A stretch of 50,516 nt of DNA from Salisapilia sapeloensis CBS 127946. Its lineage: Eukaryota > Protista > Oomycota. Position 1 is the stretch's first letter, and every line of letters starts with the position of its first letter. The notes beneath the pieces are model-generated. The model was not told where the DNA came from, searched no databases, and was given only the letters and a program-made list of their open reading frames with translations. The stretch lies in the NCBI GenBank assembly GCA_023334545.1, contig JAADVB010000134.1, positions 1 to 50,516 on the forward strand. Direction: 5' to 3'. The position numbers were made by a program, and so were the translations under genes. Below are positions 41,390-50,516 of this stretch, one piece after another.

Positions 41390-41857
41390 CTAGCCCTGGT
41401 AGACCTGTCCGGCGATACGGTCAAGGTCCTGCTGGCCGTGGCTCGAGATGCGGCGGCCGCCCTTGTTCGTGCCTTCCGGGCACTTCTCAATCACGTTCAT
41501 CTCCTCAAGCTGCTGAAGGATGTTACGGATGAGACCGCCAGAAGCCTTCTGGAAGTGCTGGCGCTTGACGCCGCGACGGGCGGCACCACCGTAGACCTTC
41601 TTGAGGGCACCGACACCGGTGTACGGGCGGAGGTAGACCTTGCGGGCGATGGACGCAGCGCGGACGTAGTACCAGTCCGGGTCGGACGGGGCGAACTCCT
41701 TGAACGGCGCAGTCTTGACAATGTCAGCCCAGGCCGGGAGCTCCATCTTGCCAGAGCGCTTGAGGTGCTCGGCGTAGGCAGCGATAAAGTCAGCGGCCTT
41801 GACGTCACGCACTACGACACCGCGAGGGGCTTCCGAGGCAGCTTCCGAGTCAGACAT
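41390..41857 (-). CDS. RPS19: 40S ribosomal protein S19 (eS19), with a 134-nt 5'UTR intron (41999-41866)
   Basis: [57 protein letters not shown]. Upstream CAA|GTACGT donor and CATAG acceptor. Confidence 0.97.
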   Translation of the reverse strand: MSDSEAASEAPRGVVVRDVKAADFIAAYAEHLKRSGKMELPAWADIVKTAPFKEFAPSDPDWYYVRAASIARKVYLRPYTGVGALKKVYGGAARRGVKRQHFQKASGGLIRNILQQLEEMNVIEKCPEGTNKGGRRISSHGQQDLDRIAGQVYQG

Positions 41858-42190
41858 TTTGGTTCCTATGGTAAAGCATGAGGTTAAGAACACGTCTGTA
41901 CCACCGCATGAGGAATGCAGGACAGTCTCGGTTCTTAGAACGAAAGCGTTGGTCTCAACATTCGATCAATCCGAGATACAAAGGTAGCTAGATACGTACT
42001 TGGGCGGTGGGATGCAAAGAGCTTAATGGGCCATCTAAAGCCTCTCCACCAGTGGATTAGCCGCCAGTCATGCCTGTCTCTTTATAAAAGATAACGTTAC
42101 TATAGTAAATTGTAGTGGGCAGTCGGTCGAGTGAAATGGCTGCATAATGGGATAAGAGGCAGGACCATCCATTTTTGAATATCGGTGACT

Positions 42191-43642
42191 ATGCTTGTGC
42201 TCTTCGAAACCGCGGCTGGGCATGCCCTCTTCAAGGTGCAGGATGAAGCCAAGGTGGCTGAGGCCGATGACGTCTTCAAGCACGTTTCCACGGCGGACAA
42301 GGCCAGCAAGCTCCTCAAGCTCAAGGGATTCAATGCTTTCAAGGACACCACCGAGGCCGTGGCCGCGGCTTCCGACATGGTCGACGGCAAGGTTGGAAAG
42401 GGACTGCGCAAGTTCCTCAAGAAGCAGATCGTCGAGGCAGGTTTGAAGGACAAGCTGGCCGTGTCCGACAAGGTCTTGAGTGCGTCTATCAAGGACAAGC
42501 TCGAGCTCCCGACGGTGCATGGCCCGGCCGTGAACGAGCTCATGCGAGGCATCCGAGCCAACATGGACACGCTCATCTCTGGTCTGGAAGACGACGACTT
42601 GCGCAGCATGACCCTTGGTCTGTCCCACTCGCTGTCGCGCTACAAGCTCAAGTTTAGCGCCGACAAGGTGGACACGATGGTCGTCCAGGCCATTGGTCTC
42701 TTGGACGAGCTCGACAAGGAGATTAACACGTACGCCATGCGCGTGCGCGAGTGGTTCGGCTGGCACTTCCCCGAGATGGGCAAACTCATCTCGGACAACC
42801 TGCAGTACGCGCAGACGGTCAAGAAGATGGGCGTTCGGCCGAACGTGAAGAACTTGGACTTTTCCGACATTCTAGCCGAAGAGGTCGAGCAGAGTGTGCG
42901 TGAGGTGGCCGAGGTGTCCATGGGAACGGACATTTCGGACGAAGACGTGACCAACATCTCGTCTCTGTGTGACCAGGTCATCTCCTTGTCCGAGTACCGT
43001 GCTCAGCTCTTTGACTACCTCAAGAACCGGATGAACGCCATTGCGCCCAACCTCACGGTCATGGTCGGAGAGCTCGTTGGCGCTCGTTTGATTGCTCACG
43101 CTGGCAGTCTGATGAACTTGGCCAAGCACCCGGCATCAACCGTCCAGATCCTTGGTGCCGAAAAGGCACTTTTCCGTGCACTCAAGACCAAGCACGACAC
43201 GCCCAAGTACGGTCTCATCTACCACGCATCGCTCATCGGCCAGACTGCGCCCAAGCACAAGGGTAAGATCAGTCGCGTGCTGGCAGCCAAGACGGCGCTG
43301 GCAGTGCGTGTGGATGCGCTCGGCGAGAGCACCGAGGCGTCCATTGGATTTGACAACCGCGCCAAGGTCGAGGCTCGTGTCCAGCAGTTGGAGCACGGCG
43401 TCGCGGGTGGAGCTATTAGCAACGTCGGCAAGAACAAGGAGCCGAAGAAGTACGTCAAGGAGAACGGCAACGGCGAGTACAATGCGGAAGAGGACATGAC
43501 GGTCGGTAGTAAGCGAAAGGTGGAGGAGGAAAGTGATGAGACGGAGGAGGTAGAGGAAGAGGCCAAGCCGAAGAAGAAGAAGGCCAAGAAGGAGAAGAAG
43601 GAAAAGAAGGAGAAGAAGGCCAAGAAGCAGAAAAAGGAATAG
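42191..43642 (+). CDS. NOP58: Nucleolar protein 58 (box C/D snoRNP)
   Basis: MLVLFETAAG, LGLSHSLSRYKLKFSADKVDTMVVQAI, ASTVQILGAEKALFRALKTKHDTPKYGLIYHAS, and a KKE-repeat tail. Confidence 0.96.
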   Translation: MLVLFETAAGHALFKVQDEAKVAEADDVFKHVSTADKASKLLKLKGFNAFKDTTEAVAAASDMVDGKVGKGLRKFLKKQIVEAGLKDKLAVSDKVLSASIKDKLELPTVHGPAVNELMRGIRANMDTLISGLEDDDLRSMTLGLSHSLSRYKLKFSADKVDTMVVQAIGLLDELDKEINTYAMRVREWFGWHFPEMGKLISDNLQYAQTVKKMGVRPNVKNLDFSDILAEEVEQSVREVAEVSMGTDISDEDVTNISSLCDQVISLSEYRAQLFDYLKNRMNAIAPNLTVMVGELVGARLIAHAGSLMNLAKHPASTVQILGAEKALFRALKTKHDTPKYGLIYHASLIGQTAPKHKGKISRVLAAKTALAVRVDALGESTEASIGFDNRAKVEARVQQLEHGVAGGAISNVGKNKEPKKYVKENGNGEYNAEEDMTVGSKRKVEEESDETEEVEEEAKPKKKKAKKEKKEKKEKKAKKQKKE

Positions 43643-43686
43643 GCGACTCTATCTACATACATCGTTTTTAGTCTTACTCTTGATGT

Positions 43687-46494
43687 TTAATGCGGCAGCT
43701 CTCTGCTCAGAGCTCTCTTGACTTGTTCCGATCGAGACACTTTCCTCTTGAGAGATGGAGGGTGCGAGTAGAGTTTGCCTGGGTCTCGGTGTTTCGCTAG
43801 GCGGAAGCAACGAGCACAGTGCTCTTCCTGCAGCTCCCATCGTGTTAAAATGCCTGTGACGTTGTTGAAGCGGTTGACCACGACTAGATGACGCAGCCCT
43901 GCACTCCGGAAAAGCTTGTAGGCTCTCGTGAAAGGCGCTTCTTCCTGGATGAGGTACGGCGTCTGGTTCATGTAGGGCGTGAGGTCGACCCAGCACGCTC
44001 GGTCTTCTTCTGATAAAGAGTACTTGTAAGGCGATGGGAAGGGAGAAGGCTCGGGATAGTGAGGATAATACGCCTCCATGTCCTTGTACGAGAGGCACGT
44101 GTCGGATGACAAGAGTCGTTGGCTCAGCTCCTCCGTCTCGGAGGAGCTTTCGCGAAAGGAAGGACCTCGCTTCAGAGGCTTCCGACTGAAAGGTTTGGGC
44201 TTTTGACCGACGTAGTCGCTCTGGGCTAGCAGGACGTTGAGTTGCTTTCGGAGGATGACGCCTGCAAAGAAACGACTGCCGAACGCCGGGTCTTCGACGA
44301 TGACAGGGAAGGCGTTGTGTCGAGTAGTTACGAGGAGGTCAAAGATCACTCCTGCTCGTTCGACGGTCCGGAGCGTCTTTGGGTTCGGCGTCATAATGTG
44401 CTTGACGCGGAGGAAGGAGCCTGGGAGAGAAGGCACCCAGTCGAGGAACGGGACGTGACGCAAGTGAATGTGGATGTCGTAGATGCCTTCGTTGAAGACG
44501 TTGCCAGCCCACCGAGCAAAGAAGCTCGTGAGGATGAGTGGGAGACCGTACTCGACGTTGCCAGTACACTCGAGGACGATGACCGTGAGGGAGATGGTCA
44601 TCCGAGTGGCGCCTCCGAGCATCGCTAGGCTGCCAATGAGACCGTACATGCGAGGATCGACTGTCTTGAAGGCGTAGGACACTGCGACCGAGTTGATGAG
44701 TCGAGTCCAGAGACGGCCGTAGGCTGCTCCGATCAGGAGGGACGGAACGAAGAGACCGCTCGGGACTTTGAGTCCGTACGTAAGACATGCCAGGACGAAG
44801 AAGACAGCCCAGAACAAGAGCAGAGTGGCAACGTCGAAGGAGCCAGGAGGGAGGTGGAAGAGGTGCTTGATGGCACTCTCGCCGGAGGATAGGAGGAGCG
44901 TGGCTAGGTCGTTAAACTCTCCTTTCGGGCAGTAGAATGCCACCAAGTCTTTCTTGTAGGCATACCCATGTCCGTTATCCATGGGAATGTTCCTGCATTT
45001 ACCAAAGTAAAAGGCAGTAAAGAAGGCAGAAGACGTGACGAGGACAGTGAGGAGCAAGGCTTCGAGGATGGCAACGTTCTTTGATGTGACCCATCGACTC
45101 CGGAGCTGCGTGAATTTGGTGTTGAGAGCATTAAACAGAGCTCCTTGGAACCCACCACCGATGCCCATGAGAATAAAGATCGGAACTTCCCACACTTGGT
45201 AGGTCGAGTCACCAAACGTACCAAAGGAAAAAGTTCCACTACGACTACCCATCGTCCCCCACTCGAGGTTGTTGCTCATACCGGAAATGAAAAAAGCAAG
45301 TGTAAAGGTAGCGGCCATGGCGCAAAAGAGAGTCCTCCACGTGAGCTGCTGACTCCAGAACGATGCGCCTTCCTCTAGGACGAACATGACGCCTCCAATC
45401 GGAGCTCCAAAGGCTGAGGCCACGCCTGCTGCAGCACCACAAGAGACAAAGTCTCGTTTTTCATGATCGTTTCGGAGACCAGCAAAGTAGGAAAAGCTAT
45501 GGATAAGTGTTATTAATTGTAGAGATATAAAACTTGTTGGGAAAATGTACCTAGTGTCGTAGCCTAGAGTGGACGATTTGCCTTGAGAAAGTCCGGCAGC
45601 GACGATGGCTCCACTAGAGATTCTATTAGTTATAGGTATGAATGATGGAGGTGGTTGAATGTACCTGTGGATCATAGGACCTTCCTTTCCAACTGGAAGT
45701 CCTCCTGAGACTGCGAATATTGTCCCGAGCAACTTGCAGATAAACGTCCGGATGCGGAGCATGCGAGGGATCTTCATGCCTATGGTACATCTATCATGTT
45801 GATTTCTTTGTGATGATCTAGTGCGTTGTAGCATACCGTTAAGCATCGTCTTGACTTCCGAGATGCCTATTTTAGCGGTAATGTGTAAGATGTGCTACAT
45901 GTCGTATACTACAGAAGGAATGTACCGGATCCGGCGGCAACAGGCTCTCCGTAGCAGGTGAGAAATGCCGCGAAGAGGATGAGGATGGCGTTGAAGGCCA
46001 AAAGACGGAGGAATGTGGTGTACTGCTGGTGCTCGCCTTCATGCTGGATGGACGAGGCGAGCATACTGTGCTTGATGGAGTGAAAGACGGTGGTAAAGTA
46101 GAGCAAGAAGACAGCTGAGAGCGCCGTAACGATGCCCGTCAGCAGCGTCAGGCACCACCTTGCGTAGATTAGTCGGTCCCGTTCTTGCCCATCACGGTAC
46201 TTGTATCCCATGCCTGTAGAAAGAGATCATGTGAGTGGAACGAGGGGGATATAGAGTGAGAGAAAATGGAACGTACCAGACTTGTTCACGACGCTTTCAA
46301 AGGCATCTAGAGTAGTACAATAGATAAAACAATAAGACTTTTACGATGGTAAAAGTGATGGAGGTGTAGAGGAGAGTACCGTAGTCGAAGCTCTCGAGGT
46401 CATCTGTGCGCCAGAGCATGATGCGAGCTGTCCAGTGCTGAATCAGATCTTCTCGTTTGGAACAAAATGAAGAACGGAGCTACGTCTTACGCAT
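43687..46494 (-). CDS. CLC chloride/proton antiporter, CLC-7/CLC-d-like, with CBS domains; about 8 exons
   Basis: LESFDY, GSGISEVK, GKEGPMIH (gating Glu), FVLEEGASFW (proton Glu), GLFVPSL, NEGIYD and two CBS domains. The 5' exons were assembled by hand. Confidence 0.92.
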
Positions 46495-47372
46495 ATGGTA
46501 CCGTCTACCTATTCATATTTATAGATTTTTCGGCTGTGTGGGAGATCCGCTAGGTATGATAGACAGGACTAGAAGCCCAGTGCAAGTGTTTTGGAGCTTT
46601 AAATAGGAGTTGCTTTGGCGGCACAGCACAAGTCACGAGAGCGATAGGATCGGGATGGGCAATGCAGTTTCTATGTGACTCGACACCCATCTATCCTACT
46701 CTAATCAAACGAGTGTGACTCGTATACAATGCTGCTGTACTTGAGTAGCAGGTGTATCAAGGAAACTCTGCAAATTAATGTGAAATAAAAAGCGTAATTT
46801 AAATGGATTGACAAGTTGGACTTGATACGTTCACTGTCGTTGTACTAAACTATCTCTTGGTAGTGAAACACTCTATTGCACTTTAACTGCTTCACACATA
46901 AATTAAACTTTCAAAATAACTTCTGTTGACAGATCGGACACTAGTACCTTTATTGTAAACAGGCACGACGTATATTGGTTTTTGTTGTTGGCTTTAGGTT
47001 AATGATAACTATGACGAAGGGTTCTTTCAATTGTGCAATGCAGCAAGCAGATGGATTTAATGCTATACAAACTCTCTCTTTAACGTACATGAGAAACGAT
47101 TCAAATGTACTAAACAGCAATATGCAGCTTAAAAAGCTATGTAGGAGCCCATTTCAGCTAGCTCAAATCTATATATCTTACAATAGACCGACAAGAGTGT
47201 ACACTTTGTAGGTTTAGTCAGTCACAAGGTGATGATAAATGAAAAAGAGACCTATTCTATCTGATTCTACTAGTTATACAAGTCGACGTATAAAAATGAA
47301 ACCACTTCCTGTTTTGAATAACAACCACGATCGACTTAACTTCATGCAAACCAAGCACAACTGTCCTCACCA

Positions 47373-48395
47373 TCATTCCTCGGAACGTATGCGTTTCCGA
47401 GTCCAGAGTTTTGGAAGCGGCACGGATGACTCCAGCTGGCCTGACATATATTTCTCCCGAAGATCGTGCTTCACTCCGTCGCGACAATCCTCCACCATCT
47501 CTCGAAAATACTCTCGCGGCATCCACCCGTTAATCTCCTTGCTTTCTTCAATCAAATTTTCGCATCGCCGTTCGTAGTTCGTGTGATTGAAAAGGAAGGA
47601 CATCTCCTCTATGATGAGCGCAATGCATTTCGCGTCGCCGACACCTCGCCAAACGTAGTCCGAGCACAGTCTCGAGTCATTTCGTAGCGTCAGCTTTAGT
47701 TCGTGCAACGCATCCGACATTTCCACAAAGCGTCCGTACTGAGAGTTTATGTGTGCGATCGAGTCCAACCTGGCCTCTGGACCCGTGCAGCGATAATACA
47801 GCTGAAACTCCTTCGAGCACTCGCCGAAAGCTTGATCAATTGCATCTTGACGGGCTTTTTTGTTCTCAATTCGCTTTCTCTGACTCTCCCGGACCTTGGT
47901 AATAGCACGCAGCCACGTCAGGTACGAACCATAGTACTCTAGCTGGTGGTCTTCCAAGTCCGTGCGAGCATATAGAGTGTACTTCTTTCGGATATCCGCT
48001 GGTATACCATGAAAGTTCTTGACTCGGTAGATTTGCTTCGCCATGGTTAGCGTGATTTTCTCGAAACGAGTGCCATCGTCAAGGATGCAATCGGTGCACA
48101 AGCCATCTTCCATTGCTGGATGGTCGTTATCGCACTCGCTGCAAGCGTACTTGGCGAGTTCCGGCTTGCACTGGTCGTACGTGTCACCAGTGGCTTGTTG
48201 CAGCTTGGTCAGAGCCTGGTTGGGCAAGTAGCTGAGCACCAGGTGAAAGGTTTCGACATTGCCGACGCAAAAGTTGTATCTAGGCGGTGCCTCATGCACC
48301 TTTTTGTACGCCTTGCAGCTTTTCTGGTGGCGCACTAGACCACGAGGTTTAAAGGTACGCTTGCAAAAGCCGCAGAGCACTTGGTTGTCCGTCAT
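47373..48395 (-). CDS. Hypothetical protein: C2HC-type zinc finger, F-box-like segment, XPA-C-like zinc/helical region and LRxDSxLC motif
   Basis: CGFC-x12-H-x3-C, FHLVLSYLPNQAL, CSEC...LCTDC, ITLTMAKQIYRV and LKLTLRNDSRLCSDYV. Intronless 340-aa ORF from ATG 48395. Confidence 0.7.
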   Translation of the reverse strand: MTDNQVLCGFCKRTFKPRGLVRHQKSCKAYKKVHEAPPRYNFCVGNVETFHLVLSYLPNQALTKLQQATGDTYDQCKPELAKYACSECDNDHPAMEDGLCTDCILDDGTRFEKITLTMAKQIYRVKNFHGIPADIRKKYTLYARTDLEDHQLEYYGSYLTWLRAITKVRESQRKRIENKKARQDAIDQAFGECSKEFQLYYRCTGPEARLDSIAHINSQYGRFVEMSDALHELKLTLRNDSRLCSDYVWRGVGDAKCIALIIEEMSFLFNHTNYERRCENLIEESKEINGWMPREYFREMVEDCRDGVKHDLREKYMSGQLESSVPLPKLWTRKRIRSEE

Positions 48396-50516
48396 GCTTG
48401 CAGTTAAGACTATATTCAAATGAACAGCCAGGTCGGTCGAAACGGATCTTTAAACAGTGTTCGGTGGTATTATCAGGCGCACTATCAAGGGATGTGTACA
48501 AAGAGCTACTTTTACAAAAGATGCACCATAAAGCTGAATGACAAAGCATCAAAGCCTACGAACTGCTTGAACAATTATCTGGAGCAGCCTTTTGTACTTG
48601 CAAAAGGTATCGATGTAATCTAAGGAATTTACTGAAAAGTATAGAAACAATTTGATGTCTGACAGGAATTGTGTACGAAGATTTGGCTGAAGATCTGTGG
48701 GAAAGCACCTTTATCTTTTTGCCTTGTCAGTGGCGCCTATATTAGGTATTCACCATATTCAGCTAATTCGACATGGCTGATGGGATTTCATATGAGTGAG
48801 TACAATTTCCATTCCTCTTTCTCGTTGAATGATGCGATGAGAATAGTATCTTGATCGATGGTGCTGTTGATGTCGCTTCCTGATTAAAATGCAAGAGTTG
48901 GCGAATCAAACCCAGAGCGGCTTGGATAGACCGATCTATGCTAAAATCAATCACCTTGCGCTGGACACAATTGGAAAAGCTACATTTATAAAAATTGGAG
49001 ACGAGTTTGAAGCCGTGAAGGTAGGATCTAAGGGTTTATGGAGTTTGATAGTGTCGCTCTTACAACGCATGTATCTCAACATAAGCTCCGAATAATTTCT
49101 ATTATGATGAGGTAAGGGACTGCGATCATGACAGAGCATGCCGTTTGATACGATCACTTATGTGGCGACTTTATCCGTACAGATAATGCTAAGATGGACT
49201 TTATTATCGAGTCCACTGAAGATGCCGTGCTAAACTTAGGCATAGCAGCAAATATTAAACTATTATAGTGAGAGGATTCGGACGATATGGTGTGTGCTGA
49301 TGCCTTTGATTCCGATGGTGAAGATTTGCTAGTGGGTACTACCGAGTCAGCTTTGCAGATACTATCAATGAATAAGAGAATATAGACGGTGAGTTTTACG
49401 AATTGATTGCAAGCAGTTCTACTCATTTAAAAGGTAAAAATGAAGGATCGGCGTATAACTTATCCGTCGTATTGGACGATCTCTTTTCTTCTCCGCGTCG
49501 TCGAAAGGACTTTGCGACAAACGATTGATGGAAGCTCGAGATACATCTTGAAGGTGTAATGTCTATTTTATAAACATCCACAAAGATAATCCTTTAATTT
49601 ATTATGCATTTATGCCTCAGCGAAATGGAGTGTACTGGCACCTGGCTTATGCAAGTACATGTATCAATCTGGTATATACTTACGATGACCATTTGCACAG
49701 GTGAATCAGACGAAAAAGAAAACTAAAATATGAGATCTATTTTGCTGAACAGCGTTTGCAAGCAAATCAGAGGCGTAGGACAAGGAAACACTCATGGTTG
49801 ATGGGAGTCTCATTCGTATCTAATGCATTGCATGTTTAGACCTAAGTAGTGAGCTTCTCGTTGACGGTACCGAGCGGACAATGCCGTGCAATCGTTAAAG
49901 CTTTTCTAGGGTTTATTATAATACGCATGTGCTGCCACTTAGAGGCATTGTGACGCGGAGTTGTAGAGTGTAATATGGCATAGCTATCGTAGACTAAAGA
50001 TATCCTGCGAAAAACGAGGCGATGTATGTCAACATCTATCAATATGTAGCAGACGGGTTTGAAATCGCTTCCCAACTATCTTGGGCTTAAATGTAATCCC
50101 ATGTCACTTGATGACCCTCAAATCCTACATCATAACGATGATCAAAGCGACTTAGTAAGCATCGATCCAGCCAACGAGGCTACCATACTGAAAGCTAGTG
50201 TCAATGCATCAATTATCCTTCCCATCCGGCATCTGGCTGTAACATACCTCAGTTTCACACTTAATTCGTGCAGGCGTTGACTCTTTGCTCAAATACGAAA
50301 TGTCTCGCTACACGATCCCATAAACATCTGCCTTTTGGGAAGATAAGCTGACAGCAGCTAAATTGACATGCATGGCCGTACTGGCTCAAGGCTTGGAATC
50401 TGAAGATCCAACAGTCTCATTCGGCAACTTTCCTCGCAAGACACAAGCAACCGAAACAACTCTACCAACCACAATGGTTTACTCTTCACTCCAATTCGTT
50501 GCGGTCTCCGCTCTTA

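Noticed and set aside
42068-43662. Long antisense ORFs opposite NOP58 (232, 169 and 147 aa), and similar ones opposite ABCA, RPS19, WDHD1, the FBT gene and the 39985-40830 gene
   Set aside because: These are shadow ORFs produced by GC3-rich codon usage of the real gene on the other strand. They have no recognisable motifs.
45855-45925. CLC selectivity motif GSGIS instead of GSGIP
   Set aside because: The anion-selecting Ser and both glutamates are intact. A change at the fifth position alone does not support altered specificity.
46500-47370. Short plus-strand ORFs and a repeated GTGACTCG (about 46676 and 46716)
   Set aside because: AT-rich, non-protein-like translations. Two copies of an 8-mer are not distinguishable from chance.
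1-50516. CRISPR arrays, rRNA, tRNA, operon-like or prokaryotic defence systems
   Set aside because: No repeat-spacer periodicity or recognisable structural RNA was seen by eye, and the DNA is spliceosomal-intron-containing eukaryotic sequence. A tRNAscan or Rfam run would be needed to exclude small RNAs formally.

Overview
Eukaryotic nuclear DNA from a very gene-dense, flagellated stramenopile, most likely an oomycete. The call rests on an oomycete-type FBT/MFS protein ending CLRLAGGNGC, flagellar genes, and AT-rich GT-AG introns mostly 50-75 nt long. I can support about 30 protein-coding genes, many spliced and so only fragmentary in the ORF track. Housekeeping genes: NDUFB9, polyprenol reductase, BUD31, SmD3, DOHH, ERH, Elongin C, WDHD1/CTF4, PDCL3, GatC, TRAPPC2, RPS19, NOP58, a CLC-7-like transporter, an ABCA transporter, a CDC20-like gene and a UBE3D-like gene. 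Ciliary genes: PIERCE-like, IFT52, IFT27 and two TMEM17/216-like genes. A decayed ~2.8 kb PIF/Harbinger transposon lies at ~28.7-31.5 kb, and the last ~2 kb is AT-rich with no intact gene. I saw no rRNA, tRNA or CRISPR array. The most interesting candidates are: (1) a ubiquitin-like domain ending LRGG fused to a 45-aa Cys-rich hydrophobic peptide, encoded near a PX-OTU deubiquitinase; (2) a BUD31 that keeps only 4 of the 9 zinc-cluster cysteines; (3) an ABCA with an extra N-terminal Cys-rich domain; (4) a ciliary gene neighbourhood with uncharacterised genes; (5) several unannotated small genes. All family assignments are from manual motif recognition, not database searches.
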